Below are positions 34,402 to 46,709 of a DNA stretch of 64,000 nucleotides, piece by piece. Position 1 is the stretch's first letter, and each line of letters starts with the position of its first letter. The notes below the pieces were generated by a model. That model worked only from the letters and a program-made list of their open reading frames with translations. It did not search any database and was not told the origin of the DNA. The DNA lies in the NCBI RefSeq assembly GCF_004010195.1, contig NC_057757.1:4851346-4915345 (forward strand), given 5' to 3'. The translations under genes and the position numbers were made by a program. Source of the stretch: Chiloscyllium plagiosum (Eukaryota).

Positions 34402-37400
34402 GTGAGTGTGTGTTCAGGGGAGGGTAGCGATGAAGGGTGCAGTCGGACGGCCAGTGATCGGGTTGAACCCGGCCGCGTGTGTTCTGCTCACCAATGGATG
34501 TATAAGCTCACTATCAGCACCTTCTTGAGGCAATAAATGCCAGTGACCTCCCCATACCCCGCCCGCCCAACCTCGCCAAACATGTCTGAGAACAAATTCC
34601 AATATTTTAAAATAAAGGGGTAGAAGTTAGATATCTGTAAATAAAAATTAAGATTTTTAAGGTGCTGTATGAATCCAGCTTTCCAAGAAAGTTATTAGTA
34701 AGGATATATTGGGATAAGTGAGCTTGGTCTGAGTGCTAGAAGATCGGTATGCAAGAGTAAGCCACTTAGCCCACTGAATCTGCTGCAGCATTCATGGCTG
34801 ATCTAATAATCCATAACTCCACTTTTTTGCCTTATTCCCTTACTGAGTAAAAATGTCTATCTTAGCTTAATGGGGGCAACATGGTGGCTCATTGGTTAGC
34901 ACTGCTACCCCACAGTGCTAGGGACCCGGATTCAATTCAAGCCTCGGGCGACTGTCTATGTGGAGTTTACATGTTCTCCCCATGTCTGTGTGGGTTTCCT
35001 CCCATAGTCCGGAGATGTGCAGGTTATGGGGAAGGGACGTACTAAATTGCAGTAGTGTCCAGAGATGTGCAGGCTAGGTGGGTAGCCATGGGGAAATGTG
35101 AGATTACAAGGATAGGATGGGATGCTCTTCGAGGGTCAGTGCAGAATGGATGGACTTAAATGGCCTCTATCTGCACTGTAGGGCTTCTATGATTTTTATA
35201 ATGGCTCAACCTTGATAATAAAGAATTCTGCAGATTGACTCCCTTCCTGAGAGAAGAAATTTGTCTCCAATCTGCCCAAACTGGGCCACCCCTTACTCAG
35301 AGATTATGCCCTCTGGTCCTAGACTCTTCCACAAGGAGAAACAACTTTTCAGTATGTGTAGGTTTGTAGGACAGCCTTTCAAGGTGGAGAGGTTTAGGTA
35401 GGCCAAGGACTGAGGCAGCTAAAGGCTCAGCTGCTGATGATGGGGTGAATAAAACCATGGAGGCTCCTGATCACAACTAGAGGAGCACAGATCTCCAGGT
35501 CAGAGAAGACTGCAGAGATGGTGAGTGGGTGAGGGGTCATGGAGGGATGTGAAAAAATGGACGAGAGCATGAGAAATGAGATGTTACTTATGCTAATGCT
35601 GGTTAATGAGTTCAGTGGTCAATGGGTGAACAGGATCTTATGCAGGTAAACGGTGGTTATGGAGGACACGATGTAGGATTGCCGCTGTTGATTCTTGTTT
35701 GTGAAATTGTGTTAATTCTGAACTCAAAATGGATGAGAGGCCTGGAGAGTGTTCAATGCAAGTTTAATGGAAGGATACTGGGGTTTTGAAGTTAGATTGA
35801 TGACAGGTCCAACAGATGTAGCTTGTATTTCCTTGACTCTAGAAGATCAAGGAATGAACAAATAAAGATTTTAAACGATTAAAAATATGGCTTGTTTAAT
35901 GGAGAGGAAATATGGCATTTGATGGAGGTAGTTTAAATCAAAAAGGGCCTAACCTAATAAAAGCAAGATACAGCAGATGCTGGGAATATGATTGAAAACA
36001 CAAACAATGCTGTGAAAACTCAGTAGGTCTGGGGATTGAGAAACAGTTAACGTTGCGAGTCTAGTATGATTCTTTGTCAACATGAAATCTTAAGGTAGGA
36101 ACTTGGGTTAGAGGGTGAATGTATTTCTTTGCAGAGGATGGTATCTAGTCTGGAATGCTGTTGTCTGCCCCTAGTCTCCTAAAAAGCCATGAATGTTAGG
36201 GAAAGTTCAGCAAAGGAATGTGAAGGGAGAATGGGTAGGTGAAGTGGCTATATTTGGAAGACTGCATATAATTCTGGTCACCCTGCTCCAGGTAGGATGT
36301 TGTTAAACAAGAAAGGGTGCAGAAAAATTTTACAAGGATGAAGCCAGGACTGGAGGGGTTGAGTTAGATCGTAGAATCCCTACAGTATGGAAACAGGCCA
36401 TTTGGCCCAACAAGTCTACACTGACCCTCTGAAGAGTATCCCACCCAGACCCAGACTACTCTACATTTACCCCTGACTAATGCACTTAACCTACACACCC
36501 CTGAACACTATGGCACAATTTAGCATTCACCTAACCTGCGCACACTTTGACTGTGGGAGGAAACCAGAGTACCCGGAGTAAACCCATGCAGACACTGGGT
36601 GAATGTGAAAAATCCACAGCCTGAGGCGGGAATTGAACCCAGGTCCCTGGTGCTGAGGCAGCAGTGATAACCACTGAGCCACCGTGCCACCCTTGTATAA
36701 GGAGAGACGGGATGGGCTGGAACTTTTTTGCCCCTGGAGCATTGGAGGCTGAAGGGTGATCTTACGTCGGGTTTATAAAATCATGAGGGGCCTGGATAGG
36801 GTGAATAGTTGCGGTAATCTTCAGGTTATGAGAGTCCAAAACTAGAAGGCAGAGGTTTAAGGTGAGAAGGGAAAGATTTAAAAGGGACCTGACAGGTAGC
36901 TTTTTCTCGTGTGTGTGTGTGTGTGTGTGTGTTGAGCAGCCAGAGGACGCTGTAGAGGCTGGTACAATTACAACATTTAAAATTCATCTGGATGGGTACT
37001 TGAATGGAAAAGGTTTAGAGGCATATGGAAGAAATGCAGGCAAATGACTTTAGTTTACTTTGGGCAAAACCAGTTGGCATGAATGAATTGGATCGAATGG
37101 TCTTTTTCTGTACTCTAAGACTCTATGTATCATACCCATGACCCTATGTAAATTGGCCATGGGAGGTGGGGCAGGCTAGAGGGGCTGAATGGCCCACTTG
37201 AATTCCTGTGGTGAAGTAGTTTCACAGAAAGGGGTTAATCTCTTTGAGAATGGACACAAAGGGGCCAAATGTGTCATGGGAGGAGGGGTGGTGAGGTTTG
37301 GGGATGGAAAGAGGGGTAGTGTCGTGAAGCCATAGAACGAGGGGACATGCAATGTTTAAAATTTGAGCTCGACGTTTTGTGTCTAACCGGTTCCTTGCGG

Positions 37401-37419
37401 TTTTGTGATCCACTGGCAG

Positions 37420-37564
37420 TACTGACGCCCCACAGAGAATCTACCGAATCTATGAGCAAGTCAGCTACAACTGCTTCATTGCGGCTGGAATCTACATCGT
37501 GCTGGGAGGATTCTCCTTCTGTCAGATCCGACTTAACAAACGCAAGGAATACTTGGTGCGCTAA
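37420..37564 (+). CDS. RNASEK: RNASEK coding exon 3
   Basis: ggcag|...[47 protein letters not shown]; total CDS 303 nt (100 aa). Confidence 0.97.
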
Positions 37565-37662
37565 TCCATCTCGTTATTTATTGAAATTGTCGCCGTCCTC
37601 TCCTCTAAGCAATCATTTTAAATGTTCAAAGACATCTCTTTCCAATCAACTGTTTAAACAAA

Positions 37663-37736
37663 AATAAAATTGCACTTTGAAATTTAAATGACGTATTGCT
37701 GGTGGCGGTGGGTGGCGACTGAGATGTTTGAATAAA
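37663..37736 (+). terminator. Candidate proximal polyA signals of RNASEK
   Basis: AATAAA at 37663 and 37731; a distal AATAAA at 38976 is followed by U-rich sequence. Confidence 0.45.
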
Positions 37737-40171
37737 TGTTACAAGGTGTCTGTTTGCAAACTCTTTCTTATGGGACCCTCTTGTTGAGAGATTTTTTTTT
37801 CACCTCCCTCTGGATTCCTTCCAAGTTTTTCATTGTCCAAGATTCGTCCTAAAATGGCCAAATGCAAACCACGTCTAACCTGGTAGTATTTTGAAGTCTG
37901 GTGATGTCAAAGCTATTTTGTTGGCGGAGTGGGTGAGGTCAGGATGAGGTCTGTTGTTGAAACTGTGAAAGCATAGTTTGTCTTTCCAGACACTCTGTTC
38001 CTGTGAAGAAATGTAACCTGTTTGCTGGCAGGACTGCTGTGGCACTCTGAGTCATGGAGTTGGGGGTTAGTGGGGAGGGGAAGATTCTCCCTCAGAACTT
38101 TGGGGACGACCACCACCATTGATTCGCATTAAAGCAAAATATGGCAGATTCTTAAGTCTGAAGTTTCTAAAACAAAAACCATGAAGTTCTGGAGAAACTC
38201 CACAGGTCTGGAAGCATCAGTGGACAGAGAAACAGTCTGGTATGACTCCTCTTCAATTCCAAAGAAAAATCCTGCTGGACTCAACATTAAGTCTGTTTCT
38301 GTTGACACGTGCTTAACAGACCTGTTCTGTCTCCACAGATGCTTACCAGACCTGATGAAAACTCTCCAGTACTTTGTCATTAGTAAGTTAGATGCCTGTA
38401 GCATTCTGTAGGTGGTGTACTCTTGTTGCTTTGGAGGTCGGCCTGCTTGGAGCTGGACAAAAGCTCATAGGCTTAATCATTGCTAAATGAGACCAAGGAA
38501 ATTACCCTGGTCATCTTTCACCCCTAACTTCTGTCCTGAGGACCAAAACGAATCTTGCAAAGGAAGTGCAGGCAAAGCAAGGAGATGGACTGTGGCTTCT
38601 GTTGTCTGAGGAAAATTGTAATTTTTTTTTAAACAATTTCTAACGTTGCTGATATAGAAGAGGGAGGGGAAACATTGCTTGTCTTGCAAGTCAGTCAGTG
38701 CCAGCCATTGACTCATCCGGATTTGTTTAGTGAGTGATTTCAGGAGATTCCCGTTTCCTTTCCTTTCCAATCCCATTCGTTCATGACCAATTTTTCATAG
38801 CAGAAGTCCACAAATATTAATGGAGGACCCTGAGTCACAAGGCCCTGTCTGTTCATGAGAAACTTATTGTTTTTGTCCTTTATTTTTGGAATTATAAATT
38901 GAGTTGTTTTTTTTGTGTTGATGTAACTAATGCAGAAAACAGATGTAAATGATCCATTATTTGAAATTTTAGAACAATAAAATGGATGAAATTCAGGGCT
39001 CTTTTTGAGTTGTCTTTTTTTTTCCACTTTTCATGACTCTAAAGAAAGTCTGATTGTGTTTCATTACACAATTGTGAATCTTGGTTAGAAACAATAAAAC
39101 TGCAGAGGCTGGAATCCAAAGTAGAGGGGCAGGAGACTGGAAGAACACAGCAAGTCAGGCAGTATCAGGAGGTGCAGGAGTCGACGTTTTGGGTGTAACC
39201 CTTTGTCAAGGCTAGCGCGCCCTGAAGTTCTTCCGGCTTCCTGCCTGTCCACAATCGTGAAACTTGGCTGTAACGTAACTAAATAATGTGCCTGGCAGTT
39301 ACTTGTCAATCATCATTAATGAATACCCTCAAAAGGGACGTCGTAACCGAAAACACAAATCTCAAAAGCAACTTGGTGATTTAAATTAAAATGCCATTTT
39401 GTGGGATCATGATTACCACTGTGCAGCAAGAGCCTGTGCAGTACATGTCCTTGCCTTTGTACTTTTGGAGGCCTGAGTTCAAATCCCACCTGCAGACATG
39501 AGGTGTTATGTTGGAGGGGGAGGACATTCAGCCCACTGTGCTGCACTGGCTTGTTAAATGAGCATCATTACCTAGTGCCAATATCCTGTTTTTGCCCTCC
39601 CATATTTTTGCACGTTACTCTTTTTTACTCATTACACTAGCAGAGTCATTGGGGACATTTAAGCGACTGCTGGACGTGCACATGGAAAGCAGAGTTGAAG
39701 GGTGTGTGTAGGTTAAGTTACTATATTTTACATTAGGATTAAACCTTGGTACAACATTGTGGGCCAAAGGGCCTGTTCTGTGCTGTACTGTTCTATGTTC
39801 TTTTTAAAATCTATTGCCCTCTTGAATGCCCTCAACCTACCTCTACCTCCAGGCAGCGCATTCCACATCTTAACTACTCACTTTTCGTTAGTTTACCCTT
39901 GTTGCTTTAGTGGATCACGTCTAATCTATGTGCTCTCATTTTTGTTCCTTTTTACCAGAAGGAATAGTTTCTCCCTATCGACTTGATTCAGCCCGTTCGT
40001 GATTACGAAACCTCTATCAAATCTCTACTCTGCCTTCTCTCTAAGGAGAACAGTCCATTTCAATCTATCCTCGTGACTGAAGTTCTCATCCTTTGGGTCA
40101 TTTTAAGGGGAGGTAATGGCCTGGCGGCACTAGTACTGGCCTGTTAATTCGGAGATTAGGAGATAGTGGGG

Positions 40172-40830
40172 ACTACAGATGCTCGATTAAATCAGGGTTG
40201 ATGAAGCGTGGTGTTCAAAAAGGTACAGCAGGTCAGGCAGCATCCGAGAAGCAAGAGAGTCAATGTTTCAGGCGGGTCTCTTCAGGACTGGGGAAGGGAG
40301 GTTGGGGCTAGGGGAAAGGTAGTTGATAGGTCAGTGGGAAGGGTGGCGTGGATAGGAGGAAGGAAGATTGACAGATAGGTTAGGTCAGAAGGTCAACAGA
40401 GTTGGAGGGTTGGATCTAGGGGGGTGAGGGGGGGAGAGATTTGGAAACGCTGAATTCAATGTTCATGCCATATGGTTGTTGGCTCCTGAGGTAGAAGATG
40501 GAGTGTTCTCCAGTTTGCAGGTGGCCTTGTGTCGATGCTGGAGGTGGCCCAGAATGGACATGTCCTGAGGGGAGTGATAGGGGGAGTTGAAGTGGTTGGC
40601 CATGGGAAGGTGGGGTTGGTTGGTGCATACGGACCAGAGATGTTCCCTGAACCATTCTGAGAGTCTGCGCTTGGTCTCTCCGATGTTGAGGAGACCACAG
40701 CGAGAGCACTGGATACAGTAGAGGAGGTTGGAGGATGTGAAGAAGGGTCCTGCCCGAAACGTTGACACTCTCGCTCCTCAGATGCTGCCTGACATGCTGT
40801 GCCATTTCTAGGGCCGTGCTCCATCAACTC
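40172..40830 (-). mobile_element. Penelope-like element fragment with inverted pLTR
   Basis: Encodes YCIQCSRCGLLNIGETKRRLSEWFREHL...MANHFNS (GIY-YIG), flanked by pLTR pieces in opposite orientations. Confidence 0.85.
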
Positions 40831-41434
40831 TGTTAAGCCAGAGACCCAGATAACGTTCTGGGGACTCCGGTTTGAACCCTGCCACAGGAGATGGTGGAAT
40901 TTGAATTAGATTTTTAAAAAATCTGGATTTAAGAGTCTAATGATGACCATTATCCACTGCCAATTGCTGGGAAAAACCCATCTGGTTCACTAATGTCCTT
41001 TCGGGAAGGAAACTGTCCTCACGTGACTCCAGACCCACAGCCAATGTGGTTGACACTTAATTGCCCTTTAGGGATGGTAATAAATGCCAGCCAAGCCAGT
41101 GATGCCCTCATCCTGTGAATGAATTAAAAAAAAATACTTGTAAACTGCATCTTTATTCTCTCCAATGTGTTCGCATTCATCCGATAATATAACGCCTAGA
41201 ACATTACACAATACTCGAACTGAAGTGTGTTAAGTGTCTTGTACAAGTTCAATACCACCCCCTTGCACTATGCCTTTATTAATAGAGCAGGAGAACACTA
41301 TATCCTTTCCTTATTGCTCTCCAGAATTTCCACCTGACAGATCGCTTTTAAAGATTTGTGCACATATATCTCTGCCCAGGTCCCTCTACTCCTGCACCCC
41401 TTTAGAATTGTACCATCTATTTTATATTGTTTTC

Positions 41435-42275
41435 AGCATACCTAGGAAAGCCATACACACTGATTAGATACTCAACTACAGGAGCAATCATCCCAACACC
41501 CACAAAGGGAGCTGCATCAGGACACATTTAAATAAGCCACAACACACAGCAGCACCCAGGGAGTACGCGGAGCAGAGGAAAAACACCTATACAATGTATT
41601 CTGGAACAACGGGTACTCGATAAGTGCAGTCTGCTGATTCCTGCACAACAGACCAAAATAAGAAGACACCACACGCCCAGAGACTCTGCCATCTTGCCAT
41701 ACATTAAAGGCATCTCGGAGATGACAACCAGATTACTCCGGCCCCTAGGCATCATGGTAGCCCACAAAGCTACCCCCACACTGAAACAGCTCCTGATGAA
41801 TTTAAAGGACCCCATACCAACAACCAGCAGAACACCATATACAAAATACCCTGAACAAATATTACATTGGACAGACGGGCAGGAAACTAGCCACCAGGAT
41901 ACATGAGCACCAACTAGCCACCAAAAGATATGATCAACTATCACTAGTATCCACACACAGAGACAAAGAGGGACACTAGTTCGAGTGGGACCGTACATCC
42001 ATCCTGGGACAGGCTAAACAAAGACACGCACGGGAATTCCTAGAGGCCTGGCTTTCAAACTGGAACTCCATTAACAAACACATCGATTTGGACCCCATTT
42101 ACCAATCTCTCAGCAAAAGAACTGGAAGTGTTATCACCCACCACAACAGACCAAGACACACCAATAGCACGTGGGTCAGAACACCAGCGCTTCATCGGAG
42201 GCTCACTGATGATAGTACTGAGCATGGTGACGAAACGTCTGAGAACAAATCTCGCAGCTCAGCAAGCAAACGTAC
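41435..42275 (+). mobile_element. Penelope-like element (second family): RT C-terminus, GIY-YIG and hammerhead-bearing 3' end
   Basis: LPYIKGISEMTTRLLRPLGIMVAHK, YIGQTGRKLATRIHEHQ, REFLEAW with frameshifts; hammerhead core at 42206-42239. Confidence 0.85.
42202..42243 (+). ncRNA. Putative type-I hammerhead ribozyme (degenerate helix II)
   Basis: CTCA / CTGATGA / helix II / GAAA-CGTC / TGAG; the CTCA and TGAG arms are complementary. Confidence 0.6.
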
Positions 42276-42527
42276 AACGAGATTGCCTTCCAATGTTCAT
42301 CCAACCTGTGTAATACACAGGTAATGGAAAATATATATGTACACCAGCACTGGCAGTGCCTACTGGCCACAGAACCCAGTAATGTCTCTTCCATCGGGCA
42401 GAAAATACAGAACCTTCAACACACACACCAACAGGTTCAAGAACAGCTTCTTCCCTGCTGTTATTAGAGTGACGAATGGAGTCTCTAACTTCAATTAATG
42501 TTGATCTTGCATTGTACACTTCCTGCG

Positions 42528-42565
42528 GAATCCTGAAGAAGGGCTTATGCCCGAAACGTCGATTC
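42528..42565 (+). ncRNA. Putative minimal type-I hammerhead ribozyme
   Basis: GAATC-CTGAAGA-A-GGGC-ttat-GCCC-GAAA-CGTC-GATTC: 5 bp helix I, 4 bp helix II, intact core, GUC cleavage triplet. Confidence 0.7.
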
Positions 42566-43054
42566 TCCTGCTCCTTGGATGCTGCCTGACCTGCTGCGCT
42601 TTTCCAGTAACACATTTTCAGCTCTGATCAAACACCCTACGACCCGTATGTTCTTGTTTGCTATGACTTTCCTGTACTGCTCGCAAATCAAAACTTTTCA
42701 CTGTCTGTGTGGAGTTTGCACATTCTCCCTGTGTCTGCATGGGTTTCCTCCAGGTGCTCTGGTTTCCTGCCACAGTCCAAGGCTGAGCAGGTTAGGTGAA
42801 TTGGCCATGCTAAATTGTCCATAGTGTTCAGGGATGTGTAGGTTAGGTGCACTAGTAATAAGATAGGGGAATGGGTCTGGGTGGGATACTCTTTAGAGGG
42901 TTGGTGTGGACTTGTTGGGACAAATGGCCTGTTTCCACACTGTAGGGATTCTATGATTAGGTACATGTGACTACGATAAATCAAATCAAATCAACATCCA
43001 AAGCGTACAGTGAGCACCGAATGCTCCCTCTCCAAGGACATACAGGTGGGATGT

Positions 43055-43830
43055 GCAGGGAGAATGCGAGGACTGCAGATGCTGAACATCAGAGTTGAAG
43101 AGTGTGGTGCTGGAAATGCACAGCCGGTCAGGCAGCATCCAAGGAGCGGAAGAATCGACATTTCGGGCATAAGCCCTCAGGAATGAGGCTTGTGGGCCAA
43201 GGGAGCTGAGAGATAAATGGAAAGGAGGTGAACCTGGGGAGGTAGGCAGCTGGGAATGCGATAGGTAGATGAAGGTGAGGGTGAATGTGATAGGTTGGAG
43301 AGGAGGGTGAAGCAGATAGGTGGGAAGGAAGGTAGACAGGGAGGACCGTTCTAGAGTGTGGTGCCAATTTTGATGGTTGGGATTGGGATAAGGTGAGGGA
43401 AGGGGAAATGGGAAACAGGGGAAATAGGAAACTGGTGAAATCCACATTAATCCCATGTGGTTGGAGGGTCCCATGGTGGAAGAGGAGGTATTCTTTCTTC
43501 AGGCATTGGATGGTTAGGGTTTGGTGACGGAGGAGGCCTAGGACCTGCATGTCCTTGGCGGAGTGGGAGAGGGAGTTAAAGTGTATAGCCACATGGCGGT
43601 GGAGTTGGTTAGTGCAGGTGTCCCAGAGATGTTCTCAGAAATGATCTGCAACTTGGCGTTCCGTCTCCCCAGGGTAGAGGATACCACATGTGTACAGTGG
43701 ATAACATGTGTGGAAGGAGAGGTACATTTCTTTTGGATGTGGAAGGATCCTTTAGGGCCTTGGCTGGAGGTGAGGGGGGTGGTGTGAGCATAGGTTTTGC
43801 ACATCTTGCAGTGGCAGGGGATGTGCAGCC
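43055..43830 (-). mobile_element. Penelope-like element 3' fragment
   Basis: HFNSLSHSAKDMQVLGLL...GTLQPHGINVDF, same family as 32505-33142. Confidence 0.85.
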
Positions 43831-44084
43831 AGGAATGAGAAGCTGGCAGTGAGGTTAGGATGCCCCCTTCCGCTAATTGGTTACCTGCCAATAGCCAGGC
43901 CCATATCTAACATAATAAGATAGTGGGAACAGGTAAACATTGTCAATGAAACAAAGAGTTACTTTCTGAAGGAAAATTAAGCATAAAATGTCATTGAAAA
44001 AAATGCCAGCACTTTATAAATATTCTACAAGATAACTGAACAACTTGCCATACCAGGTTGCCAACTCTGGTTGGAGAGAATAAA

Positions 44085-44775
44085 AAAACACAGCAGATGC
44101 TGGAATCCAAAATAGACAGGCTGGAAGAACACAGCAAACTAGGCAGCATCAGGAGGTGGAGAAGTCGATGTTTCGGGTGTATTCCTTCTTTAGGACTGGG
44201 GATGGGTACAGGGGGAGCTGCAGATAAAGGGGGTGGTGGGGAGGAGGATGGTGAAGTGGGGATAGGTGAAGGCAGGTAGCAGGTACGACCTGGTTGGTCA
44301 GTGGGAGGAATGGTGGCAGGCAGCAATGGAAATGAGTTGGTGGGGCTGGAAAAGAAGTTGTGGGATGGGAGGGAGATTATTTGAAATTGGAGAATTCAAT
44401 GTTGGGTCCTTCAGGCTGTAGGCTGCCCAAGCGGGCAAGCGGAAGATGAGTCGCTGTTCCTCCATTTTACAGTTTGGTTTGTTGTGGCAATGGAGGAGAC
44501 CAAGGATGGTCATGATTTGGAGATGCCGGTGTTGGACTGGGGTGTACAAAGTTAAAAATCACACAACACCAGGTGATAGTCCAACACGCTTAATTGGAAG
44601 CACACTAGAAAGGGAATTAAAATGGGGAATCCCATCAGCCCCTGCAGGCCCAGTTGACATGCTAGGCTAAATGTGCCCTAGGTTTATGTTTGATCTCCCC
44701 AATTTAGAGAACACCACTTCTAGAGCACCTAATGCACTACACATGGTTTGAAGAGAAGCATCTGAACTCTGGTTG
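44085..44775 (-). mobile_element. Penelope-like fragment with a nested pLTR piece
   Basis: ILGLLHC...KMEEQRLIFRL on the reverse strand; gttaaaaatcacacaacaccagg insert at ~44510-44602. Confidence 0.7.
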
Positions 44776-44789
44776 CCCGTCTTCCTAAA

Positions 44790-46035
44790 TGGTTGTCAAT
44801 CACTTCCGGCCTTCAATCGATCTGTCCACGTTCTACCCCTATTGGTTTACAGAGACGTCAATCATTTCCTGAACCCGCCGTCCGTCAGCTTTTTCCCATT
44901 GGTCCATACATCTCCAGTGACGTTTAGAAACTGGATTGGTGAATGAAGGGGCGGGTCGGCTTTTTCTTGTAGATTGACATGCAGAGCCACCAACCATTCG
45001 GCGCAGAGTGCCAGTTTGACCGTTGATTGACGTGTGGACGCGCTGAGAGGGCGGGATCTAATTATTGACGGATCGCGCGGTTGGTCAATCGGTGAGGAAG
45101 AGCGAGTCCAACGGTGACGGGTCCCCAAGCAGAATAGCGGCCTCAATCTTGATCGACGTGCAGTCCAACCAATGTAGAACAGGATCGGGATGATCAGCAT
45201 CCAATGGAAATGGAATATCTTGGAAAGGGCGGGATTGACTCTCTCGCTGGATGGGGGAGGGGGTGAGAATTGATTGACATTTGCCAAGGCCAATCGAATG
45301 AGCGATGTGACAAAGCCTTCGATGAAAATGAAGCAGAATTGAAGGCGGGATTAGGAAGGGGGGCACAAACAGAAATTGGTAAACCCAGCAGGTCTCGCAG
45401 CATCTGTGTAGTGAAAAGAAGGGTTAATATTTCGGGTTCAGTGACATTTTTTTCTGAAGAAGGAATGGACGCTATTTGACTCACGTTGCCGCCCATTCGT
45501 GACTTGACCGGAGACGGTTTGTCGATCGAGGGGGGGGATTATGCGCATTGTTGATTGTCATCGGCACTGACCAATCGGAAAGGAGAATGGGACACCTCTC
45601 TCCCATGAACCAACAGGATTACGGAGGGTGGGGCCAGTATTATTGATTGACAGGATATGGACCGATCAGGATGGTAGTCTGAAGTTGCTGTCCAATGAAA
45701 CCAGGGGGAGGCAGGATTAGGGTTGCTGATTGACACCGGTCCTGTCCAACCACTGCACGTGGCCCGGAAAGCGTCCGTCCAACGGAGAGGCGGTGGTGCG
45801 GGATTGACATCCATGTGGACCAATCGGAGTGGAAACGGTGTGTTGCCGTTGGAGACGCGGGCCGTCGGTTGATGTGGGAAAGGCCGCGGTGGTGGCGGGG
45901 CCCTGGCCTGTGAAGTGAGGGGGTGCAGAGCGAGAGGGACCGGGGGTAATCGTTGGGAGAAGTGGATCAGAGGCGGCACTGGGGGAAAGTGCATCCTGGC
46001 CCTGTGCCTTCAGGGATAAGCTGTCAATCGAAGCT
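44790..46035 (+). promoter_or_regulatory. CpG-rich promoter region of C17orf49/BAP18
   Basis: The only extended non-repeat CpG-rich segment, 0.7-1.9 kb upstream of the ATG; many CCAAT, GGGCGG and GATTGAC motifs, plus CACTTCCGG at 44801. Confidence 0.75.
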
Positions 46036-46688
46036 CTGGAGTGGGTTTTGTAGGGGGAGAGGAGTGAGCCTTCCTATCTGCTTCTGTATTGCAACTTCTG
46101 TAAAACCTCAGGGGATAAAAAACATCTAAAATATTGCATTGCAAAAAGAAATTACCAGCAAACTGTTCACAAATGCCTGTTGCACGTGCATTGCATTGGG
46201 ACCACCTGCATTGACATCAGTTACCAACTCCCACCCCTCGCACACAGAGACCCAAAAAGCGAATTAAACATTTCATTTTAGTTCTGGTTTGCCCATCTTC
46301 CAGTCTGCACACAGCAAGAGGGCAATCGCTGTGCGATCCAGTTGCATCAAGTCAGACCACACGGGTCTGGGATTGTTGCAAGGGGAGCCAGGAGGGTTGG
46401 TTGGTTGGTTGGTTGTGGGGTGGGGAGGTGGTAAAGACGACCATTTCAGGTCCCCCTTTCCTTGAAAGCGGGGAATTACCTTGGATCAGGTGCTGCCAAC
46501 CTCGCCCACCTACCAGCAATCCCTGTGCTCCACGTCAGGCTATTTGGCATCGACTGGTTCAAATTTGGGCTCATCCAGGGTTCTGGAAATCAGTCAAGAG
46601 CGTTTACCCCTTCCTCTGCCAAACTTTTGGGCTTAGGAATTGTTTTTGTCCTGACTGTGGGTAGGGAGTTCGGAGGAGCACCCTCAGG

Positions 46689-46709
46689 ATGACCTCTGCA
46701 TCGACCAAG
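46689..46709 (+). CDS. C17orf49: BAP18 (chromatin complexes subunit) coding exon 1
   Basis: ATG MTSASTK|gtaagt; possible acceptor at 46663-46664. Confidence 0.92.
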
